A stretch of 32,000 nt of DNA from an archaeon (GTDB lineage: Archaea > Iainarchaeota > Iainarchaeia > Iainarchaeales > CSSED10-239), in assembly GCA_035400625.1 (NCBI GenBank), contig DAOMZT010000001.1, positions 300,001 to 332,000 of the forward strand, written 5' to 3'. Made by a program: the position numbers and the translations under genes. This document shows, in pieces, positions 16,075-24,129 of this stretch. The notes under the pieces are model-generated. The model had not been told where the DNA came from, did no database searches, and saw only the letters and a list, made by a program, of their open reading frames with translations. Numbering within the stretch: position 1 is the first letter of the stretch; every line of letters starts with the position of its first letter.

Positions 16075-17328
16075 ATGGCAAGTAATGAAATTTCTGAATT
16101 TACTATTTCTTACTTAAGAGATCTTTTCAGAAATTATTATCAGCATAATCCTGTTACTAGTGCTATTGCGATTGAAAAAAGAGAGGTCGGTATAGGGGAT
16201 TTTGGTAAAAAGATTAGTGCAAGGCATCTTGCCTTTTCTAACAACGCAGGACTAAACAGATTTTTAACAGAAAAAACTCCTTTTTTTATATCTTATTCTA
16301 CTGCCTATTATAAATATCCAGAAAGGCGACCAATGGAGAATAAGATTTTAGAAGGCTCAGATATTGTCTACGAGTTTGATGCTGATGATTTTAATCTTCC
16401 TTGTAAAGAAGAACACGATATTTGGTTTTGCAAAAGCTGTGAGGCAAGTGGCAAGGGCCATAAAGATATCTGCCCAGAATGCCAAGGCAAACTTGAAGTT
16501 ATTGAATGGATTTGCGACAAATGCCTAGGTCATGCAAAATCAGAAACTCTTCGTTTGATAGATTTTCTAGAAACTGAGTTTAAGCTTGATTCTTCAAGTT
16601 TTGTGATTTCTTTTTCTGGTTCTAAGGGCTATCATTTGAGAGTAACAGATAAAAGCATAATACCGTTATCTAAGTCTTCTCGTCTTCAGATGATGAACTA
16701 TATCCAAGGCAAAGATTTAGATCTTAGTAAACTTGGCTTTGAATATAAGGGAAAACAATGGTTTTGCCCAAGTCCTGACACAAAGAATGGCTGGGCAGGC
16801 AAACTAATCACATATCTAAGAAACTACATACAAGAAATGGACGAAAAAACCCTGAAAAAAGACTTTTCTTATTCAAAAGTAAAGATTAATAAACTGCTAG
16901 AGCATAAAGAAGTTATTTTAAATAAGATGTATAATAATATATTATGGCATAATTTTACAAGCGAATCTGTAAAGGATGCTAAATTTTGGGAGGATTTATT
17001 AGCTATTGCAATTTCTAGGCTTGGTTTTAGAATAGATCCAGCATCTTCAAGTGATATCTATAAAATCATGAGAATGCCAGATACCATTCATGGCGGAACC
17101 GGGCTTTTATCAACTAAACTAAAAGACAGAGAAGCACTAGAAAAGTTTGATCCTTTTTTGGATCCTGTTCTTTTTAGGCCTGATAAAGATAGAAATGGAG
17201 AAGTGACTAGGCCTGTTCCAAGGTTTAGGTTGCTTGAGCAAGAGTTTGGTCCTTATAGTCTAGGCGAGAAACTAGAACTCCCAGAATACGTAAGTGTTTA
17301 TTTATTATTAAAAGGTGTATTAAAATGA
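16075..17328 (+). CDS. priS: DNA primase small (catalytic) subunit PriS
   Basis: Catalytic acidic motif YEFDADDF, then SFSGSKGYHLRV and MRMPDTIHGGTGL. Zinc-binding insertion CKSC...CPEC and CDKC. Confidence 0.88.
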   Translation: MASNEISEFTISYLRDLFRNYYQHNPVTSAIAIEKREVGIGDFGKKISARHLAFSNNAGLNRFLTEKTPFFISYSTAYYKYPERRPMENKILEGSDIVYEFDADDFNLPCKEEHDIWFCKSCEASGKGHKDICPECQGKLEVIEWICDKCLGHAKSETLRLIDFLETEFKLDSSSFVISFSGSKGYHLRVTDKSIIPLSKSSRLQMMNYIQGKDLDLSKLGFEYKGKQWFCPSPDTKNGWAGKLITYLRNYIQEMDEKTLKKDFSYSKVKINKLLEHKEVILNKMYNNILWHNFTSESVKDAKFWEDLLAIAISRLGFRIDPASSSDIYKIMRMPDTIHGGTGLLSTKLKDREALEKFDPFLDPVLFRPDKDRNGEVTRPVPRFRLLEQEFGPYSLGEKLELPEYVSVYLLLKGVLK

Positions 17329-17882
17329 TGGATTATAAAGTTGATTTTGATGAATTATCAAGGATATATAGGCTTGAGACAAAGTCACCAAAACTAACAA
17401 AACTTGATCCTGAATTTTATAAAGAGCTTAAGAAATATCTAACTTTAGAAAAAACAAAATATCTTTCTGCTCTTGAAAGCCTATCACCAGCTGATTTGAA
17501 AAAATTTGAAATGTTAAAACAAACAGTAAATAAAATCAGAGAAATAAGATTGAAGAAATGCCTTAATCTTTGTTTAACATATAGCAGAACAAATAATCTT
17601 TCTGAAGATAACTTGATTGATTTTGAAATTGATTTTGTTAAAGATATTAAAAAGCTTCTTGATAAGCAAGCAGAATATACAGAAAGCTTGTTTGGAACAA
17701 AAACCAAGAAAGAAGAAAAGCGTGTGCCTTTGGTAAAGGTTACTGCTCTTTCTAGCATTCCTTCTTTTATTGGTTCAGATATGCGCGAATATGGGCCATT
17801 TGATAAAGATGCGATATGTGAGATTCCAGAAAATATCTTTTTGATACTTTCTTCAAAAAATATTGTTCAAAAAATAGAATAG
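17325..17882 (+). CDS. GINS subunit, Gins51 (Gins15) type
   Basis: 4-nt ATGA overlap with priS, a linkage known from Sulfolobus. Helical N-domain with LDPEFYKELKKYL...IREIRLKK. C-terminal beta domain VKVTALSSIPSFIGSDMREYGPFDKDAICEIPENIFLILSSKNIVQKI matches the Gins51 B-domain pattern. Confidence 0.6.
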   Translation: MMDYKVDFDELSRIYRLETKSPKLTKLDPEFYKELKKYLTLEKTKYLSALESLSPADLKKFEMLKQTVNKIREIRLKKCLNLCLTYSRTNNLSEDNLIDFEIDFVKDIKKLLDKQAEYTESLFGTKTKKEEKRVPLVKVTALSSIPSFIGSDMREYGPFDKDAICEIPENIFLILSSKNIVQKIE

Positions 17883-17896
17883 GTTGTGAATATAAG

Positions 17897-18670
17897 ATGA
17901 CAGAATATCCAAAAGTTTCAGATATAGTGATTTGTAAAGTCACAAAAGTAACAGACTATGGAGTGTTTGTAGAATTATTAGAGTATGATAATCTTGAAGG
18001 GTTTATTCATGTTTCTCAAGTTTCTTCAACATGGGTAAAAAACATACATAATCATGCAAAAACTAACCAAATAAGAGCAGCAAAGGTTCTTCATATTGAC
18101 AATTATAAAAATCAAATTGATCTTTCTTTTAATAGAGTAACACCAGCAGAAGAGAAAAGAAAAATTTCAGATTATCGTTTATTTAAAAGAGCACAAAGCC
18201 TATTGTCTGCAATTGCCAAGGAACTAAAAGTTAGTGATGAAGAGGTTTGGTCTTGTGTTGCTGAACCAATTTTAGAAAGAGAAACAAGACTTTATAGCGG
18301 GTTTATTCATATTCTAAAAAACGGAATTGAAACATTTCCGGAGATTGATAAAAAATATGCAGCCAAGCTTGTTGAGATTTTAAGTAAAAGCATAACCATT
18401 AAAGACAAGAAAATCAATGGGGTTTTAGAAATTTCTAATCCATCAGAAACAGGAATTGAGATTATAAAAAAGGCATTAAAGAAAATAACCGATGATTACA
18501 AGTCTGCTTGCATAACTTACATTTCTGCTGGAAGATATGAGTTGACAGTTACTGCAAAAGACTATAAGACTGCTTCAAAGTTGTTTAATGAAATTACAAC
18601 AAAGCTTGAAAAATCTTTAAAGGGCTCAAACTTTAAAGTTATTCCTCAAGAAAAATCTAAATCTAATTAA
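17897..18670 (+). CDS. eif2a: Translation initiation factor 2 alpha subunit (aIF2-alpha)
   Basis: N-terminal S1 domain YPKVSDIVICKVTKVTDYGVFVELLEYDNLEGFIHVSQVSSTWVKNI...IDLSFNRV, followed by helical and alpha-beta domains. 257 aa. Confidence 0.88.
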   Translation: MTEYPKVSDIVICKVTKVTDYGVFVELLEYDNLEGFIHVSQVSSTWVKNIHNHAKTNQIRAAKVLHIDNYKNQIDLSFNRVTPAEEKRKISDYRLFKRAQSLLSAIAKELKVSDEEVWSCVAEPILERETRLYSGFIHILKNGIETFPEIDKKYAAKLVEILSKSITIKDKKINGVLEISNPSETGIEIIKKALKKITDDYKSACITYISAGRYELTVTAKDYKTASKLFNEITTKLEKSLKGSNFKVIPQEKSKSN

Positions 18671-18683
18671 GGGTGTTTAAAAT

Positions 18684-19478
18684 ATGGTAACAAAAATTGA
18701 TGTTATTAAACAGCAAAAACTAAAAAATCCAGTAATGCTTGTTGGTCTTCCTGGCATTGGTCTTGTTGGCAAGATTGCAATTGATTATCTGGTCTTTGAA
18801 TTACAACCAAAATCAAATGTTTATGCAACTATTGTTTCTGATACTTTTCCTCCAGCAGTTCATGCTAAATCATCATTATTAGAATTAATTTCTGATAAGA
18901 TTTATCTTTATAAAGGAAAATCAAGAGATTTTCTTTTTGTAGCAGGGCCAGTTCAGCCAAACCTGACAAACCTTTCTAATAGCCAAGAACACTATGAGTT
19001 CTCTGCCAAGCTTGCTGAGTTTGCAAAAAAGCAAGGAGTAAAAGAGATCTATACTTTTGCAGGCCTAAATATTGGCGAGAAAAGACTTAACCAAAAGCCA
19101 AGAGTTCTAGCAGTTTCAAGTGATAAGGATACCAAAGAAAGACTAAGAAAGAAAAAGATAAAAAACATTATTTTTGATGATACTCAAGGAAACACATTGA
19201 TTTCTGGTGTTGCTGGCCTTCTTGTTGGTGTTGCTTATTATAACCACAAGATATCTGGTTGTTGTTTTATGGGCGAAACAGATCAAAAACTAATTTTTGG
19301 AGATCAGGGTTCTGCAAGAAGTGTTGTTGGAGCAATTTGTGCTCTCTTTGATTTTAAAGTTGATATGAAAAAAATAGATATTAAAGCAAAAAAAATTGAA
19401 GAATCATTTAAAGAAATTCAAAAAGAGATAAAAGAAATAGCAAAGAAAAAAGAAGAGCCAGTAAGTTATATCAGGTGA
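18684..19478 (+). CDS. PAC2-family protein (proteasome assembly chaperone-like)
   Basis: N-terminal MLVGLPGIGLVGKIAIDYLV is the characteristic PAC2 G.PG.G.VG motif. About 260 aa with an acidic/Lys-rich C-terminal tail. Confidence 0.65.
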   Translation: MVTKIDVIKQQKLKNPVMLVGLPGIGLVGKIAIDYLVFELQPKSNVYATIVSDTFPPAVHAKSSLLELISDKIYLYKGKSRDFLFVAGPVQPNLTNLSNSQEHYEFSAKLAEFAKKQGVKEIYTFAGLNIGEKRLNQKPRVLAVSSDKDTKERLRKKKIKNIIFDDTQGNTLISGVAGLLVGVAYYNHKISGCCFMGETDQKLIFGDQGSARSVVGAICALFDFKVDMKKIDIKAKKIEESFKEIQKEIKEIAKKKEEPVSYIR

Positions 19479-19488
19479 TTTTTTTAAT

Positions 19489-21030
19489 ATGACTACAAAA
19501 GAAGAAAAAGGAATTGTAATTTCTACAATTGATGGCCCATCAACCACTAAGCTTTCTTTTGTATGTACAAAAAATGACGTCTTTAAAGGAGAATATATCC
19601 AGATCGATTATTCTCAAGGCTCTCTTATTGGTTTAGTTACTGATGTTATAAAAAGAAACAGATATTTTGAAAACTCTGATTCTGTTAAGGACTTTGAAAA
19701 TAATAATGTTGATATTAAAAAATTATTTCCAAGTGATGAGTGGGAGTTTCTTGAAGCTGTTGTTAAGCCTCTTGGAGTTTATTCTGTTTTGAAAGGCTTT
19801 ACAAGAACAAATCTTCCAGTCTCTCCTGGCCAAAAGGTTTATTTAGCAGATCCAGTCGTGCTTTCTAAATTTTTGCATTTTGATAAGTCAGGGGTTTTTC
19901 TAGGTGCTATTGAGCATCCAAATCTTGATGTTGCTCTTAATGTTGATAGGCTTTTACAAAAGCACTTGGCAATTCTTGCACAATCAGGTGCAGGAAAAAG
20001 TTATCTAACTTCTGTAATTATTGAGGAATTACTTGAGAGAACAAAAGAACAAGGAAGAATAGCCGTAGTGTTATTTGATACTCATGGAGAATATTCTTCT
20101 TTTGCCCAAAGCACAACAGACAAAACCAAAACTGATTATTCTTCTAAGGTCACATTAATAGATTCAAAAGATGTTAAGATTGGTTGTACAGGCCTATCTG
20201 CTGGCTTTTACTCTACATTGATTCCAGAGCTAACAGCTCCTCAAAAGATAAGGCTTTCAAAAGTCATAACAAAACTAAATGAAGACAAGAAACATGGCGC
20301 GGGCCCTTATTCTTTACAAACAATAATTAAAGAAATAGACAATCTAGAAGAAGACGATAAAACTGCAAAGAACCTAAGAGATCGTCTTTTGGACTTGGAG
20401 CGTTATCGCCTTTTTGATAAGATTGATTATCCATCAATTAATGATGTTGTGTCTCCAGGAAAACTAACAATCATTGATCTATCAAGAGAAATAGATAAAA
20501 AGAAAAAGCAAATTATTTTGTATTATTTTGCAAACAAACTTTTTAGAGCAAGAATGGAACACAATTCTGTTCCGCCATTTACTCTTGTAGTTGAAGAAGC
20601 ACATCAATATGCTCCGGAGATGGCAAGTAGAGAGAATGCTCTTGCAAAAAACATTCTGGAAACAATTGCAAGAGAAGGAAGAAAGTTTGGAGCAAGCGTT
20701 TGGTTAATCTCTCAAAGGCCAGTAAAGTTGTCTACCACCATCTTGTCTCAAGCAAACACTCACATTATCTTAAGAATAACAAATCCTTATGATCTTAAGC
20801 ATATTGGTGAATCAAGCGAAGGCCTTGATCAAAATTCCATTAATATGATAACATCTCTAAGGGTTGGCGAAGCATTGATTGTTGGCGAAGCTAGTTCTTA
20901 TCCTGTTTTTTTCAAGGTTAGAAAAAGGAAATCACAAGAATCACATCTTGATGTCTCGTTATCTGGTCTTGCCAAGTCCTTTGAGGCAAGAAAAGAAAAG
21001 AACAACAAAGAGCTTGATGAATTAATCTAA
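19489..21030 (+). CDS. herA: HerA-type hexameric DNA helicase/translocase ATPase
   Basis: HAS-barrel-like N-terminus (GIVISTIDGPSTTKLSFV...GEYIQIDY...LIGLVTDV). Walker A AQSGAGKSY and Walker B FTLVVEEAHQYAP, then REGRKFGASVWLISQRP. 513 aa. Confidence 0.8.
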   Translation: MTTKEEKGIVISTIDGPSTTKLSFVCTKNDVFKGEYIQIDYSQGSLIGLVTDVIKRNRYFENSDSVKDFENNNVDIKKLFPSDEWEFLEAVVKPLGVYSVLKGFTRTNLPVSPGQKVYLADPVVLSKFLHFDKSGVFLGAIEHPNLDVALNVDRLLQKHLAILAQSGAGKSYLTSVIIEELLERTKEQGRIAVVLFDTHGEYSSFAQSTTDKTKTDYSSKVTLIDSKDVKIGCTGLSAGFYSTLIPELTAPQKIRLSKVITKLNEDKKHGAGPYSLQTIIKEIDNLEEDDKTAKNLRDRLLDLERYRLFDKIDYPSINDVVSPGKLTIIDLSREIDKKKKQIILYYFANKLFRARMEHNSVPPFTLVVEEAHQYAPEMASRENALAKNILETIAREGRKFGASVWLISQRPVKLSTTILSQANTHIILRITNPYDLKHIGESSEGLDQNSINMITSLRVGEALIVGEASSYPVFFKVRKRKSQESHLDVSLSGLAKSFEARKEKNNKELDELI

Positions 21031-21078
21031 TAAAATATATTTATTAAGTATTTGGTTTTCATTATTATTATGTATTTG

Positions 21079-21525
21079 ATGTCATGGAACGAGCTTGAGG
21101 GCTTGTGTTTTGAGCTTATTAAAAAAATCAAAGAAAAGAACAAGGATAAACAAATTGATTTGATTATTTGTGTTAGTCGTGGCGGGTTGTTCCTTGGCAA
21201 GATTCTTTCTGAAATGCTTAATAAACCATTAGCTGTAATTTCTGCAAAATACCTTGGTCACAAATACACTGTTGGCACAATTTCAACAATCTACCCAATA
21301 AAAGGCAGGGTGTTATTGGTTGATGATGTTATGGAACCAATAGTTCAAGATATTATAAAAGTAATAAAACAAAATAAGGCAGTAACTTCAATAGAACTAG
21401 CTTGTTTATTTTACAGAAAGAAAAAACAAGAATTTGTTCCTGATTTTGCAATAAATGAGATAATTAACGAAATATGGATTTCATTCCCATACCAAAGCGA
21501 GAGTTTAAAAGAACACAGTCGCTAA
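21079..21525 (+). CDS. Gpt-like phosphoribosyltransferase-family protein with degenerate PRPP-binding loop
   Basis: MSWNELEGLCFELIKKI...LIICVSRGGLFLGKILSEML...RVLLVDDVMEPIVQD...EIWISFPYQ is colinear with xanthine-guanine PRT (VTWDML...IIAVSRGGLVPG...VIDDLVDTGGT...DTWIEQPWD). I prefer the ATG at 21079 over the TTG at 21052. Confidence 0.65.
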   Translation: MSWNELEGLCFELIKKIKEKNKDKQIDLIICVSRGGLFLGKILSEMLNKPLAVISAKYLGHKYTVGTISTIYPIKGRVLLVDDVMEPIVQDIIKVIKQNKAVTSIELACLFYRKKKQEFVPDFAINEIINEIWISFPYQSESLKEHSR

Positions 21526-21619
21526 TATGAATATTGCAATTTTTACTTACAATAAAGATAAATAAATCTTCTTAGTTTATATTTATTTTCTTTCTATATA
21601 ATATTAATAGGAATCAAAT

Positions 21620-22846
21620 ATGGACGAATCACAAATTCTATTATTAAAGAAAAAACTTAAAGAGATTAAGACCTATAAAGGAGATGGAACACAATTAATT
21701 AGCCTATATATTCCTCCAAACGCAGATAGATCCTCAGTTACTAAACAACTGACTGATGAAATCTCACAAAGCTCAAATATCAAGTCCCAACAAACCCGAA
21801 AAAATGTTCAAGCCGCTTTAAGAAGATTAACTAATTATTTAAGACAAATAGATTTTAAACTTCCAGAAACTGGCCTTGTCCTGTTCTCAGGTAATGTTTC
21901 TGAAAACCCTGCAAAAAATGATGTTGTTCTTTTAACAATAACCCCGCCAAAGCCATTGACAACAAAACTCTATTGGTGCGATTCTGAGTTTCACACAGCT
22001 CCTCTAGAGGATATGGCTTTAACAGATGAGGTTTATGGGTTGGTGACTATTGATAAGAGAGAAGCAACAGTTGCAATTTTAACTGGCAAGTCATACAGGA
22101 TAATTCTTCATGAGACTAGCGGTGTTCCTGGAAAGACAAGAGCCGGTGGTCAGTCTTCTGTAAGGTTTGAAAGATTAAGAGAAAAGGCAGCACAGGATTT
22201 CTATAGGCGAGTTGGAGAAAGAATGAATGTGAGTATGGTTGATATCCCAAAACTAAAAGGCATAATTGTCGGTGGGCCAGGAATGACTAAACATGAGTTT
22301 TTAGAAGAAAGTGAATTGGATTACAGACTAAAAAACATGATTTTGGGAACTCTTGATACAAGCTATACAGACGAATCAGGAATCAAAGAGATGCTTGATA
22401 AGTCAGGAGAAATTCTAAAAGATGCAAGTATTATTAAAGAAAGACAATTGGTAAATAAGTTTATAGAAAAGGTTGCAACAAACGGTCTTGCAACATATGG
22501 GTATAATGAAGTTATTGAAAGCATTATGCAGGGAAAAGCAGAAGTTGTTATTGTTTCAGAAGGCCTAGAATGGAGTGTGTATAAATATCAATGTACTTCT
22601 TGTAATCAATTTACCCCAAAAGTTATTAGAGACAAGAACAAACAAATAACCTCTCCTGTGCTTTGCCAATATTGTGAATCTTCTACAAACGAAGAAGAGG
22701 TAGAGATTGCAGATCTTTATGAATATTTAGTGGAAATATCACACAATTATGGCACAAAAGTAGTTCTTGTTTCTATTGAAACTCCAGAAGGTAATCAATT
22801 TCTTAATACCTTTGGTGGTCTTGGTGCATTTTTAAGATATAAATAA
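21620..22846 (+). CDS. prf1: Peptide chain release factor aRF1
   Basis: NIKS stop-codon recognition motif (SSNIKSQQ). GGQ motif (KTRAGGQSSVRFERLRE). C-terminal domain with a CxxC...CxxC mini-domain. Confidence 0.92.
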   Translation: MDESQILLLKKKLKEIKTYKGDGTQLISLYIPPNADRSSVTKQLTDEISQSSNIKSQQTRKNVQAALRRLTNYLRQIDFKLPETGLVLFSGNVSENPAKNDVVLLTITPPKPLTTKLYWCDSEFHTAPLEDMALTDEVYGLVTIDKREATVAILTGKSYRIILHETSGVPGKTRAGGQSSVRFERLREKAAQDFYRRVGERMNVSMVDIPKLKGIIVGGPGMTKHEFLEESELDYRLKNMILGTLDTSYTDESGIKEMLDKSGEILKDASIIKERQLVNKFIEKVATNGLATYGYNEVIESIMQGKAEVVIVSEGLEWSVYKYQCTSCNQFTPKVIRDKNKQITSPVLCQYCESSTNEEEVEIADLYEYLVEISHNYGTKVVLVSIETPEGNQFLNTFGGLGAFLRYK

Positions 22847-22855
22847 GTATAGTTT

Positions 22856-24127
22856 ATGGATTTCAAACATATAACAACAACAAAAGGTATTGGCGGAAGA
22901 ATCAAACAATTTTGTGAGGATTTCATTGTTGAAGAAATTGGTTATACTTATTCTACAAACCTAACATATCTCCCAGACAAGAAGGTTTCAGAAATCAACT
23001 GGAAAGAAGTCTTTGAAAAGAAAAAAGATAATGACCAGCTTCTTGTGGATATGGAAAAGTTCAATCTGTCAACAACAACTGCAATTAATGAGATGTCAAG
23101 ATTTTTAAGAACTAGTAAAAAAAGATTTGGCTATGCCGGCCTTAAAGACAAAAGAGCAATGACTGTTCAGAGGATCTCAATTTATGAACCAAGTGAGGAA
23201 AGGCTATCAAAGTTTTATTTTAAAAATATTAAGATTTACAACCCCTCTTGGTCAAAGAACAGAGTAGATATTGGTGACTTAAAGCAAAATCGTTTTACTT
23301 TAACTTTTAGGAAAATTCAAGGGCTAACAAAAGATGAGTTAAAAGAGCTATACCTTGATTTTGAAAAGCAAATAAACCAACAGGGCTTAATCAATTATTT
23401 TGGTGAGCAAAGATTTGGCGGAACAAGAAACATAACTCACAAGGTTGGCAAGCTTCTTTTACAGCACAAATATGAAGAAGCAGTAATGATGTATTTAACA
23501 GAACCTCAAGAGCTTGAGTCAAAAGAATTACAAGAAGCCAGAGCACAACTAAATAAGGATAGAAATTTTAAGAAACATGCTTATGATTTTCCAACAGGCA
23601 CCGGCTATGAAAGAGTAATGCTTAATTTTTTAGCAAACAATCCGGACAATTATCTTGGCGCATTCAAGGCATTACCAAAAGCAATTCAGTATCTTTTTAT
23701 TCATGCATATCAATCATATCTTTTTAATGAAATAATAAATGAGAGAATAAAAAGAGGATATGGCCTAGAAAAGATAGATGGCGATGTTGTTGTTAACGGC
23801 GAGATAATGATACCTCTTTTTGGCTTTTCTTCAAAATTACAAGAAGGCCTTGCTGGCGAGATTTCTCATTATATCTTGGACAAAGAAGGAATCACCCTTA
23901 ACGACTTTTATAACAAAGACCATTCGGTTCTCTCAAGCAAGGGCGACTTTCGTTCAATAAGGGTTCCTGTTCATGATTTAAGATTAATTTCAATAGAAGA
24001 TGATTCTAAAAACCAAGATGGATCTTTATCTTTGACTCTTTCTTTTACTCTTGACAAGGGCAACTACGCAACAAACCTTGCACGAGAGCTAATCAAGCCA
24101 GAAGCAGATGATAAAAGATGGTGCTAG
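22856..24127 (+). CDS. truD: tRNA pseudouridine synthase TruD/Pus7 family
   Basis: FGYAGLKDKRAMTVQR (catalytic Asp motif) and NYFGEQRFG. Inserted TRUD domain size. Confidence 0.88.
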   Translation: MDFKHITTTKGIGGRIKQFCEDFIVEEIGYTYSTNLTYLPDKKVSEINWKEVFEKKKDNDQLLVDMEKFNLSTTTAINEMSRFLRTSKKRFGYAGLKDKRAMTVQRISIYEPSEERLSKFYFKNIKIYNPSWSKNRVDIGDLKQNRFTLTFRKIQGLTKDELKELYLDFEKQINQQGLINYFGEQRFGGTRNITHKVGKLLLQHKYEEAVMMYLTEPQELESKELQEARAQLNKDRNFKKHAYDFPTGTGYERVMLNFLANNPDNYLGAFKALPKAIQYLFIHAYQSYLFNEIINERIKRGYGLEKIDGDVVVNGEIMIPLFGFSSKLQEGLAGEISHYILDKEGITLNDFYNKDHSVLSSKGDFRSIRVPVHDLRLISIEDDSKNQDGSLSLTLSFTLDKGNYATNLARELIKPEADDKRWC

Positions 24128-24129
24128 TT

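Noticed and set aside
22593-22675. CxxC-x20-CxxC zinc-ribbon-like segment inside aRF1 (YQCTSCNQF...VLCQYCESS)
   Set aside because: It sits where the eRF1/aRF1 C-terminal mini-domain is inserted, and I believe Cys-containing versions occur in other archaeal aRF1s. It is probably a normal family feature, not an insertion of foreign origin.
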